Shown in pieces: positions 9,797 through 18,176 of a stretch of DNA of 64,000 bases (positions are counted from its first letter, which is position 1; every line of letters begins with the position of its first letter). Made by a program: the position numbers and the translations under genes. Below the pieces are notes generated by a model that made no database searches, was not told the origin of the DNA, and worked only from the letters and a program-made list of their open reading frames with translations. Source of the DNA: Candidatus Latescibacterota bacterium (GTDB lineage Bacteria > Latescibacterota > UBA2968 > UBA8231); the NCBI GenBank assembly GCA_965219385.1, contig CBDCNM010000002.1, positions 4,102,305-4,166,304 on the forward strand, written 5' to 3'.

Positions 9797-10701
9797 GAGG
9801 CCCTAACAAAACTCTTTGAGGTACTTCCAACAGATGAGAATACATCCGATGTCGAGAAAGGCTTCATGGAGATCACCTCGTCGCTCCCAGCGGACTCGAA
9901 GCCGACGGAATTGGTGCAACCATGCCAACGTTCGTTCCACCACCCACCGATAGACGCCCAAGCCGCTGCCGTGGGCTTGCCCTCGCCGAGCCAACACCGA
10001 GCCGATGCCCCGCTTACGCAAGGCGCGCCGATGGGCTTGCGAATCATAGGCCCGATCCCCTTGCACCCGATCCGGCCGACGACGCGGGCGGCCGACCCGA
10101 CCGGCCACCGGGGGTATGCGATCCACCAACGGCAACAGCTGCGTCACATCATGCCGATGGGCCCCCGTCACCCCCGCCGCCAACGGCACCCCTTGGGCAT
10201 CGGTGATTACATGGTGTTTGCTACCGGGTTTGCCGCGGTCCGTCGGATTGGGACCGGTGTGCGCCCCCCCCCAACCGCCCGCACCGAGGCACTATCGACC
10301 ACCGCACGAGACCAATCAATCCGGTCGGCGGCCCTCAGTCGGTTCAACAGGATATGATGGACTCTTTTCCAGACCCCGGCTTGTTGCCAAGCGTGCAGGC
10401 GACGCCAACAGGTCATCCCCGAACCGCACCCCATCTCTTGAGGCAAATACTCCCAAGGGATACCCGTCTTGAGCACAAAGAGAATGCCGGTCAGCACCCT
10501 ACGGTTATCCAGCCGAGGCCGCCCCCCTTGGGGGCCAACGGTTACGGGGGGCAAAACCGGTTCAATCAAGGCCCATAACCCATCGTCGAGTAACGGCTTG
10601 GCCATCAAAAACACCTCCATATCAAGACGGTAGAAGCAATACCGAAGAGGATAAGAATATAATGAAGCCTATACGCGATTCCAAGGTTTTGTTAGAGACT
10701 C
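9797..10701 (-). mobile_element. IS5-family element (IS427-like, two ORFs with frameshift), 905 bp
   Basis: TIRs GAGGCCCTAACAAAA / GAGTCTCTAACAAAA. TAA duplication at 9794-9796 and 10702-10704. The paralogous empty site has a single TAA at 14404-14406. Confidence 0.95.
9803..10620 (-). CDS. IS5-family transposase (orfA 10207..10620 plus orfB frame, joined by a frameshift near the G9 run at 10264-10272)
   Basis: GILFVLKTGIPWEYLP, VDSASVRA, GDRAYDS and RWVVERTLAWLHQFRRL motifs. Confidence 0.9.
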
Positions 10702-10711
10702 TAAGTACCGA

Positions 10712-10829
10712 GCCGCTCAAGACTGTGAGTCTTTATATCTTGAGGGCTTTGTTGCATGGAAGACGATAACTTATTGGGACACAACAAGTCGAGTTACAGA
10801 TATTCGTGCAACAAAGCCTATCTTGAGCG
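10712..10829 (-). terminator. Hairpin CGCTCAAGA...TCTTGAGCG downstream of the peptide gene, interrupted by the 74-bp MITE
   Basis: Inverted repeat directly 3' of the stop codon, restored when the MITE is removed. No clear U-tract. Confidence 0.4.
10745..10818. mobile_element. 74-bp MITE with IS903-like TIR (GGCTTTGTTGCA) and 9-bp TSD
   Basis: Perfect 12-bp IR, flanked by TATCTTGAG at 10736-10744 and 10819-10827. Confidence 0.85.
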
Positions 10830-11117
10830 TCAATAGCAATAGCAAACATCGTCGTCATGCACGGAACACATGTACCTGTCGCATTTTTTATCGTTGTCGC
10901 AAATATCGCCACAGTACTCCTCTTTCTTATGACAGTCCTTAAGAGGTGTGGGGCCCTTCTTACAAGTGCGTGCCTCGGCCGGGTCGGGTGCCAGCACCAC
11001 GGCGGCTGCCAGCAGAAGGCCCACCACCCAGGCTACCGGCAGACCCGTCCTCGGCGACACATAGCCGCTCTCGCTCGTGACAAACTCGGTCAATGTTCTA
11101 CGCAAATGAAGCAGCAT
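10830..11117 (-). CDS. Secreted 8-cysteine peptide precursor (defensin/scorpion-toxin-like spacing)
   Basis: AAGGA RBS, leader with FVTSESG, hydrophobic stretch and AEA cleavage site. The 46-aa core has C-x9-C-x6-C-x3-C-x5-C-x4-C-x7-C-x-C. Confidence 0.8.
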   Translation of the reverse strand: MLLHLRRTLTEFVTSESGYVSPRTGLPVAWVVGLLLAAAVVLAPDPAEARTCKKGPTPLKDCHKKEEYCGDICDNDKKCDRYMCSVHDDDVCYCY

Positions 11118-11251
11118 AACAGGTTCCTTTCGTTAATTAGAAAAAAACAAGGGCAAAATACGGTCCTCCCCACCCCATTGGTGCACTCAAACCATGCTCT
11201 CACCTCCTTTCAGGCAAGCTCGACAGGTCCAGGGAAGTCCGTCGAGGGGCA

Positions 11252-11827
11252 TCAGGGCCCCCGCGGCTTGAGGACATCGGCTACCAACTGCTGCACCAGT
11301 TCAAGCCCGCCCGGCACCCCAACGGCAGAATCTTTGATCTGACCTTCTCCATCGAGCAGGTAGGTCGTTGGCACCGACAGGGCTTTATAGGCTGCCGATA
11401 CGCCCCCCGTAGTGTCCTGCAATACCGGAAACAGGCCCGCGACTTGGCCTTCGAGCACCTGTACCTCAGCAGAAAGTTCCTCCCGTTGCTTGCTACCTCG
11501 GCTGATAAACACCAGACGATGGTGCAGATCCGGTAACCCCTCGTCGATCAGGCTTTGCTTCAACTCTTTGCAGTACGGGCAAGTAGGGGTCACAAACATT
11601 AGCACCGAGGAAGCGCCCCTGAGATCTTGCAGGGCCATGCCTTCGCCCTGAACACCGGGCAGGTGAAAGTCCGGCGCGGCGGTGCCCCGCGGTAGCCGAC
11701 TCTTGCCCTTAACCACGAGGCGCTGCAACAGCGAGGATTCCGGCGCTTCGGCCACCCGTAGCGCCCCGACCAGGGCCACGGCCAGCACGCCACCAACGAT
11801 ACCCGGTTGGTAGGTTTTTAGGTCCAT
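11252..11827 (-). CDS. Membrane-anchored TlpA/MauD-like thioredoxin-fold protein (CPYC)
   Basis: N-terminal TM, GTAAPDFHL, TPTCPYC and SVPTTYLLD. TGATG coupling to the upstream gene. Confidence 0.85.
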   Translation of the reverse strand: MDLKTYQPGIVGGVLAVALVGALRVAEAPESSLLQRLVVKGKSRLPRGTAAPDFHLPGVQGEGMALQDLRGASSVLMFVTPTCPYCKELKQSLIDEGLPDLHHRLVFISRGSKQREELSAEVQVLEGQVAGLFPVLQDTTGGVSAAYKALSVPTTYLLDGEGQIKDSAVGVPGGLELVQQLVADVLKPRGP

Positions 11828-12372
11828 CAAATGCCTCCTGATTTAGGCTCATTCCAGGCGAGAATCTGCTCGACACTCTTACTCCCTGTAGCCGCCTGAC
11901 GCACGATGCCCTCCGGGTCAATCAACAAAACGCTGGGAAGAGTCCTGACCCGGTACAATTGCTGCACCGTGTGCAAACTATCATATCCCACCGCCACCGC
12001 CACCTTGCCCCATCGAGCGGCTAATTGCTGCCGATCGCCCACCCCAACCACCACCACCGGCAGTCGTTCCGCCGCTTGCTGAAGCGACGGATAGGCCGCC
12101 TGGCAAGCCCCACAGGCCGAATCGGTAAAAAACAACAGCCAGGCCGTAGCCCCAGGGGCACTCTGCAGGGAAACGACTCCCCCAGTGACCCCCTCCATCT
12201 CGAAGGGGGGGGCCGAATGCCCCAATAAATGCGCGAAGGGGAGGGGCCGAATGCCCGGCGGAGCCCCCGTTTCCAAGCGCACCCCCAGGCCGATACACAG
12301 CGCCAGCAACACCCCTACAACCCCTGACAGCGGCAAGACTAGAGGATTCAACGCGTCTCCAGAGGTTGCCAT
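11827..12372 (-). CDS. Membrane-anchored TlpA/MauD-like thioredoxin-fold protein (CGAC)
   Basis: AAGGAGG RBS, TM segment, GHSAPPF, SACGAC and TLPSVLLIDPEG. Confidence 0.85.
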   Translation of the reverse strand: MATSGDALNPLVLPLSGVVGVLLALCIGLGVRLETGAPPGIRPLPFAHLLGHSAPPFEMEGVTGGVVSLQSAPGATAWLLFFTDSACGACQAAYPSLQQAAERLPVVVVGVGDRQQLAARWGKVAVAVGYDSLHTVQQLYRVRTLPSVLLIDPEGIVRQAATGSKSVEQILAWNEPKSGGI

Positions 12373-12388
12373 CGCCTTTGCCTCCTTT

Positions 12389-12967
12389 CTATCCATCAAT
12401 CCAGGCCCCTAAGCCGGCAAGCTGCCCCAGCAGGGCGCGCACCGTAAGCGTTGCCCCGGTCAGCCCGTCCACCTCCGGACCCAACCGCAACGAATCGCGC
12501 ACCGAACGCCCCACCAACTGGGCCAGGAACCCCGCTGGGTCAACCGGCCCGCTCGCCGTTTCCCAACCCGCCAGCGGCACTATCCCGGCCATGTGCGGCG
12601 TATCTGGGGCCAGAAAGACCGCCACCAGCAAATCCTTGCAGGTGGTGCAGGCAATATCGTGCCGCACCACCGCCAGCCTATAGATGGGCTGATGGTCCTC
12701 GTGTACCTGATAGACCTGGACCACGCCGGAACGCGGTGCCGGTTGGGGGCTGTAGATCACCTGGAGGCGAGGCGCGACCAGTTCTGGGTTAAACTGTCGG
12801 GTTATAGTGCGTAAATGCGGTTCGGAAGGAAGCGCGGGCAGGGCTGGCTCAGCGGGCCGGTCGGCAGCGTCGGGGGAGAGGTGCAACAGGACGAGCACCC
12901 CTGACCCCAGCACGAGGATCAGGCCCAGCAGGAGGTAGACGGCAGGATCGCGTACGGACCAGGACAT
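12389..12967 (-). CDS. Membrane-anchored FMN-binding (RnfG/NqrC-type flavinylation motif) protein with CxxC
   Basis: Start MSWSVRD with GGGAG RBS, N-terminal TM, HDIACTTC and C-terminal VDGLTGATLT. Confidence 0.75.
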   Translation of the reverse strand: MSWSVRDPAVYLLLGLILVLGSGVLVLLHLSPDAADRPAEPALPALPSEPHLRTITRQFNPELVAPRLQVIYSPQPAPRSGVVQVYQVHEDHQPIYRLAVVRHDIACTTCKDLLVAVFLAPDTPHMAGIVPLAGWETASGPVDPAGFLAQLVGRSVRDSLRLGPEVDGLTGATLTVRALLGQLAGLGAWIDG

Positions 12968-13094
12968 CGGCCGACTCCCGACTCCCGGTTGGCAGGCACA
13001 TCTAAGCATAAATATAATCGAGTCGAGGGGCCCATGCAAGCCCGGGCAAGCCAGGGCGTTGGGGGGGGGCCATACGACGGCCCGGCCTTTGTGC

Positions 13095-14033
13095 TTAGGG
13101 GATAAAGGTCGCCTTGATCCGGCCCCAGGTGAGACTCTCCACCGCTGGGTCGGGGAGCTCACCCCCGGGGCCCACCAGCAGCCCCCGGGCGAAGAAGTCG
13201 TCCAGGGTCTTCTCAATAAAATGCCAGGCTTCTGGCCGCCAGGCGCCTTCCTCGTCAAAATCTGCAATTGCCAGGTAAAACCCGATCAGGGTCCCAGGCG
13301 ACAACACTGACACCACACTCTCCGCCGGGCTGTTCCAAATCAACCGATCAAAGGGTGTCACGTAGAATTCCGTCACCGATAGCGTGGGATGAGCCCCGAA
13401 AGAGGCCCCACCTCCCTCCGCATACGGCGGCAGATTGAACCAATCTTCGTCGTTATATACACTCTGATCGGCCAAGCATACATGGGGGCCGCCGCCGACG
13501 ATGTCACCCAGGACGTAGTAGTCTTGAGCGTGTTGATTTATCCGCAGCCGGAGTTCCTCATCGAACCCGGGGCCTATATTGACACTGCCCTCCGAGAAGC
13601 GGCGGTGTTCCCCGCCGCTGGCGTCGCCGTCCACCCTGAAGAATACCGAAGAATCATGCCTCTCCATCCAAATACATGAACGGATCGTTCCATCATATTC
13701 ATACTTATTGATATATATATCATCGGCGCGCTCGACCGCCACATAGATACGCTGGGTGGCCCCGTGCCAGGCCAGCCAGACGCGGTAATCCATATCCACC
13801 GGATCATACGAGACCCCATCGGGACCGGTCTGAAAGTCCAGGGGGATCAGGGTGGGTTCACCCAGCAGGTCGACCCACTCGTCGACGGACCCATCGGTCA
13901 CGTCGATCTGGGCCAGATCCGCGTCGGTCAACTCGACGAAGGGATAGAGCCTTTCGCTTTCCTGTGCCTCGGCGCCATGGAGCAGCCCCACCACCAGGCC
14001 GATAATGGGTAGGGAACGCTTTACTAGGTTCAT
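13095..14033 (-). CDS. Secreted TWGRIK-motif protein, array copy 7
   Basis: 312 aa with the same scaffold. Confidence 0.85.
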   Translation of the reverse strand: MNLVKRSLPIIGLVVGLLHGAEAQESERLYPFVELTDADLAQIDVTDGSVDEWVDLLGEPTLIPLDFQTGPDGVSYDPVDMDYRVWLAWHGATQRIYVAVERADDIYINKYEYDGTIRSCIWMERHDSSVFFRVDGDASGGEHRRFSEGSVNIGPGFDEELRLRINQHAQDYYVLGDIVGGGPHVCLADQSVYNDEDWFNLPPYAEGGGASFGAHPTLSVTEFYVTPFDRLIWNSPAESVVSVLSPGTLIGFYLAIADFDEEGAWRPEAWHFIEKTLDDFFARGLLVGPGGELPDPAVESLTWGRIKATFIP

Positions 14034-14423
14034 CGTGGTCCTTCCTTAGGTTGAATTTCCCTTGATGTGGTCATATACCCGTTGGGCCGCCATAAAGCCG
14101 GCGGTCCAACGGACAGGTTCACGCCATTGGCCTCCGAGCACTCCGTGCGCTTCATCCAACCGCGCGAACTCGCTGCCTCAGTAATGGTTAGCCGCCGGCC
14201 AGCGCCTCACCGGTCAACCGTCGGGTTTATCCGGCCCCAGGTGCTACAGGCACGGGTTCAGCACGAGGGGAAACATTCGTTATTTCAATCAAAATCAACA
14301 CGTTGTGCGGCTATGCAAAAACCACCATAACCCGTCGATCCTTCAGATAGATAGCGATTCTCTCCTCTGCTGAACCCGTGCCACCATGTACAACGGCGTA
14401 GCTTAAGTAGCAAGCCGCTCAAG
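14034..14423. repeat. Duplicated upstream region, copy B, containing the 134-bp MITE (14249-14382) and the empty IS5 site
   Basis: Matches 9446-9796 plus 10705-10721. Confidence 0.9.
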
Positions 14424-14505
14424 TTTATCCAAACGCGCATGGCAGGAGGCCGGTATTCTCCGTACTGTTGATGGTCTCACCACATCGACAGCCCAGGAGA
14501 AAACA

Positions 14506-14715
14506 ATGAGCCCCCTGCCGAAAGAAATAATAACGATTTTGTCGTCCTTTGCCCCCCAGGGTCGCCTCGTCCTGGGCCTGGATGAGACCCTCGAGCGGTG
14601 CCGGGGTGCGCAGATTGGGGCCCAAGGCATTTGCCGGGATCCAGTCCGCTCGAGGGGGCACCACCTCGTCAAGGCCAGCGGCTTGCGCTGGCTGTTGTTG
14701 ATGCTGGTAGCGCCC
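14506..14715 (+). pseudogene. IS701-like transposase fragment
   Basis: LVLGLDETLERCRG...GICRDPVRSRGHHLVKASGLRWL, internally deleted. Confidence 0.65.
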
Positions 14716-14881
14716 TGTAGTGGACCCCGAAAACTGGACCACTGATTAAGACAAGATTATCTTACCAGTGGAGATTGTCATGAATCGAAAAAACTACGGT
14801 CCTGAATTTAAGGCCCGCGTAGCGCTGGAAGCGCTCAAAGGGCTGAAAACGCTCAATCAATCCAAGCAAAATTCGAGATGA
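14716..14881 (+). mobile_element. IS3-family left end with truncated orfA
   Basis: TG-initiated end TGTAGTGGACCCC. ATG at 14780 gives MNRKNYGPEFKARVALEALKG. Confidence 0.7.
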
Positions 14882-16920
14882 TGGGCACAGATAACCTCGA
14901 CATCCCTATGGAAAAGGTAAAAGGAGTAGGTGCCAAGAGGGGAGCCGTGCTCAAGGAAGCAGGCATCCACACGGTGAGGGATTTATTTTTTTATTTGCCT
15001 CGACGCTATCTGGATCGCAGCCAGATTATACCGATCAGCCGGACTCCGTCCGGCCGGGAAGTGACCTTGATCGGCCAGGTAAGACAGATGCGGTTTGTGC
15101 CCGGTGCTCGGCCGCGTTTCACCCTGGTGGTAGAAGACGAAACCGAAGATATCACCTGCGTGTGGTTTCAGGGGGGGCACTACATGCAGCGCAACTTCAA
15201 GGAAGGGGATGTTCTGGCTCTCAGCGGCAAGGTAGAAATCTTCCAGGGGCGGCCCCAGATGGTGCATCCGGAATACGAGTTTATTGCCGTTCCAGGTGCT
15301 CCGAGTCTGCTTCATACCGGGGGGATTGTACCGCTCTATACCGCCAGTGCGGATATGAAGGAACGGGGCCTGCGCAGCCGGGGGTTCCGCCGCATGGTGC
15401 ATGGAGCCCTGGAGGCATTCAAGGAGGAAATACACGACGAAATGCCCGCGGATATCAGGGGACGCCTGGGTTTGATCGGTCGGCGGGAAAGCTTCCAGCT
15501 GGTGCATTTTCCACAGACCATGGAAGATGTGCAGCAGGCTCGGCGACGGCTTGCTTTTGACGAGCTTTTCGCCTTTCAGCTGCGCCTCGCCCGCCTGCGT
15601 CGCAAGCGGCTCCAGCAGGACGACGGGATTGAATTTGTCCCTGTAGATAAGCTGGCGAGGGCTTTGCGCGCATCTTTGCAATTCGAGTTGACCGGGGCCC
15701 AAGAGCGAGTTATCGGGGAGATCCGGGCGGATATGGCCCGGCCCTTTCCCATGAACCGGCTGCTGCAAGGGGATGTGGGATCGGGAAAAACCCTCGTAGC
15801 GCTGAGCGCCATGCTGAACGCGGTGGAAAACGGGTACCAGAGCGCCCTGATGGCGCCCACCGAGATCCTGGCGGAGCAGCACTTCCTGAACATCCAAGCC
15901 CTGGCAGAGCCCCTGGGGACGAAGGTGATCCTGCTGGTAGGCGGGCAGAAGGTGGCCCTGAGAAGAGAACATCTCCAGGCAATTGCAAGCGGCGGCGCAG
16001 ATATTGTCGTAGGGACGCACGCCCTGATTCAGGACGAGGTCAACTTTCACAAGCTCGGCCTGGTGGTGGTGGACGAGCAGCATCGCTTTGGGGTCGTGCA
16101 GCGATCCACGCTCTACGGCAAAGGGCCCAGGTGCGATGTGCTGGTCATGACGGCCACGCCGATTCCCCGGACCCTGACCCTGACCCTGTACGGCGACCAG
16201 GAGGTGTCGTTGATTGACGAACTTCCCCCCGGGCGAAAAGCCGTGCACACAGTCATGCGCACCCAGGAGCGCCGGGAACTCATCTTCGAATTTGCCGCCG
16301 ACCAGATCCGCGCCGGACGCCAGGTGTGCGTGGTGTATCCGCTGATCGAGGAGGCAGAAAAAATGGACCTCCGAGCCGCTATCGAAGGCTTTGAGGAGTT
16401 GCGGAACGGACTGCTGGCGGAATTCCGGGTGGGGCTACTGCACGGTCGTCTGGCAGCCGAGGAAAAGGCCGGGATCATGGAATCCTTCAAACGGGGGGAG
16501 ATCCAGGTCCTGGTTAGCACCACGGTGATCGAGGTGGGGGTGGACGTGCCCAATGCGACGGTGATGATCATCGAACACGCCGAGCGTTTTGGTCTGGCCC
16601 AGTTGCACCAGCTCAGGGGAAGGGTGGGCCGTGGCCCGGAGCAGTCCTACTGTATTCTGATTGCCTATTCGGGGTCCGAGGGCTCCGATTCAATCGAGCG
16701 GTTGCGCACTTTGTGTGCCACCCAGGATGGTTTTGAGATCGCTCAGAAAGACCTGGAGCTTCGGGGGCCGGGTGAAATCTTCGGCACTCGCCAGGCAGGT
16801 TTGCCCGAGTTCGTGGTTGCGGACCTGGTAGAGGATGGCGAGTTGCTGGAACTGGCCCGGAGGGAAGCCGTGCGGGTGGTTGATGAGGAAGAACGCCGGG
16901 CATTTCAAGAAAGCTGCTGA
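14878..16920 (+). CDS. recG: ATP-dependent DNA helicase RecG
   Basis: LQGDVGSGKT, DEQHRFG, MTATPIPRT, QLRGRVGRG and DLELRGPGE motifs. Confidence 0.97.
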   Translation: MMGTDNLDIPMEKVKGVGAKRGAVLKEAGIHTVRDLFFYLPRRYLDRSQIIPISRTPSGREVTLIGQVRQMRFVPGARPRFTLVVEDETEDITCVWFQGGHYMQRNFKEGDVLALSGKVEIFQGRPQMVHPEYEFIAVPGAPSLLHTGGIVPLYTASADMKERGLRSRGFRRMVHGALEAFKEEIHDEMPADIRGRLGLIGRRESFQLVHFPQTMEDVQQARRRLAFDELFAFQLRLARLRRKRLQQDDGIEFVPVDKLARALRASLQFELTGAQERVIGEIRADMARPFPMNRLLQGDVGSGKTLVALSAMLNAVENGYQSALMAPTEILAEQHFLNIQALAEPLGTKVILLVGGQKVALRREHLQAIASGGADIVVGTHALIQDEVNFHKLGLVVVDEQHRFGVVQRSTLYGKGPRCDVLVMTATPIPRTLTLTLYGDQEVSLIDELPPGRKAVHTVMRTQERRELIFEFAADQIRAGRQVCVVYPLIEEAEKMDLRAAIEGFEELRNGLLAEFRVGLLHGRLAAEEKAGIMESFKRGEIQVLVSTTVIEVGVDVPNATVMIIEHAERFGLAQLHQLRGRVGRGPEQSYCILIAYSGSEGSDSIERLRTLCATQDGFEIAQKDLELRGPGEIFGTRQAGLPEFVVADLVEDGELLELARREAVRVVDEEERRAFQESC

Positions 16921-16940
16921 AAAATCAAAAACGAGGCCCC

Positions 16941-18068
16941 ATGTACACCGCACCCCTGCTAGCGCCCGACGCCTTCGTCGGCCTGGAAGGCGTGACCCAT
17001 CTGTGCACCGGCGGAGAATCGCCCTGGCTCAAAAGCCAGGAAGGAGTGTACGCGGAATTCGCCCGTTTGAAAAGCGGGGGGGATGCTGGGCGCCGGGAGA
17101 TCTACGCCCGGGGAGAAGCTTGTCGCCAGAAAATGGGCCGGTTGTGGGAGGTGCCGGCCGAGCGCATCGGTTTTGTGCAAGCCGCTAACGAAGGCATGAA
17201 CTGGCTGGCCCGTGGGTTGGATTGGCGGCTGGGTGACAATATCGTCACCACCAATCTGGAGTTTCCCTCAGTGGCCTATGCGTGGAAGAATCTGCGGGCC
17301 CAGGGGGTGGAGGTGCGTTTGGTGTCGCACCAGGACTGGGTGGTGCGCGAAGAGGATCTGCTGGACGCGGCAGATAACCGCACCCGGGTGCTGGCCGTGA
17401 GCCAAGTGAGTTTTTACACCGGGCAGAATCTGGACCTGGAAAGCCTGACAAAGGTACGTCAGCGGGGCGTCCTCCTGGCCGTGGATACGACCCATGCCTC
17501 GGGCGTGTTGCAGGTGCCGGCTGCCCTGACGGATCTGTGTGTCAGTAGCGCCTACAAGTGGTTGCTGGCCACCCACGGCACAGCCCCGTGTTATCTGAGC
17601 GGGCAAGCCGAAGCGCAGACAGCTGCAACCAGCTTTGGCTGGCACAACCTAGCGGTGTGGCCCGTCCAGCAGGCCGAGCGCCACCCCGAAGTAGAAACCC
17701 AGCCTATGCCCCAGAAACTGGAACCGGGCAATCCGGCCATGGTGGTGGTGATGTTTCTGGAACGTGCGCTGGACATTCTGCTAGAAATAGGAAAAGAACA
17801 GATTGAAAACCACGCCCGGGACCTGTCCGAACAAATCAGCGCCGGGCTGCAAGGGCTGGGTTGTACGGTGATATCGCCTCGGGAACGCCGGGTCCGGTCG
17901 GGCAACACCTGTTTCCTGGCCCAGGACGCCAGGGGGCTCCAGGAGCGCCTGGCGCACCAAAAGGTGCTGACCTGGGGGGATTGCGGGCGCCTGCGGGTCT
18001 CGGGGCATCTCTACAACAGCAGTGGGGATGTCGAACGCTTTTTACAGGTTTTAGCCGAGGTAGATTGA
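16941..18068 (+). CDS. Class V PLP-dependent aminotransferase (cysteine desulfurase-like)
   Basis: LEFPS, VDTTHASG, SSAYKWLL and RVSGHLYN motifs. Confidence 0.85.
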   Translation: MYTAPLLAPDAFVGLEGVTHLCTGGESPWLKSQEGVYAEFARLKSGGDAGRREIYARGEACRQKMGRLWEVPAERIGFVQAANEGMNWLARGLDWRLGDNIVTTNLEFPSVAYAWKNLRAQGVEVRLVSHQDWVVREEDLLDAADNRTRVLAVSQVSFYTGQNLDLESLTKVRQRGVLLAVDTTHASGVLQVPAALTDLCVSSAYKWLLATHGTAPCYLSGQAEAQTAATSFGWHNLAVWPVQQAERHPEVETQPMPQKLEPGNPAMVVVMFLERALDILLEIGKEQIENHARDLSEQISAGLQGLGCTVISPRERRVRSGNTCFLAQDARGLQERLAHQKVLTWGDCGRLRVSGHLYNSSGDVERFLQVLAEVD

Positions 18069-18176
18069 CCAGGGGAGGCGGAAATGATATTTGTCTAAAA
18101 CCAAGACAATCCGTAAGTTTAAAAGTCTATCTCTAAAATGCAAGAAATGAGTTGAATCCGGGAGGATATACCTGGT

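Noticed and set aside
10830..11117. True Flp pilin or c-type cytochrome
   Set aside because: It lacks the pilin +5 EY motif, there are no tad genes nearby, and there is no CxxCH.
11252..12372. Methylamine dehydrogenase (mau) cluster
   Set aside because: No mauA/B/E/G genes are present, and the small peptide core has no Trp residues for a TTQ cofactor.
12968..13267. N-terminal 100 aa of the 292-aa ORF, and similar extensions at 4473-4640, 45656-45811 and 59479-59700
   Set aside because: The extensions overlap neighbouring genes or lack support; downstream starts fit RBSs or paralog alignment better.
3543..14033. Diversity-generating retroelement as the source of array variation
   Set aside because: No reverse transcriptase or template repeat is in the window, and the differences include indels and block swaps rather than adenine-specific changes.
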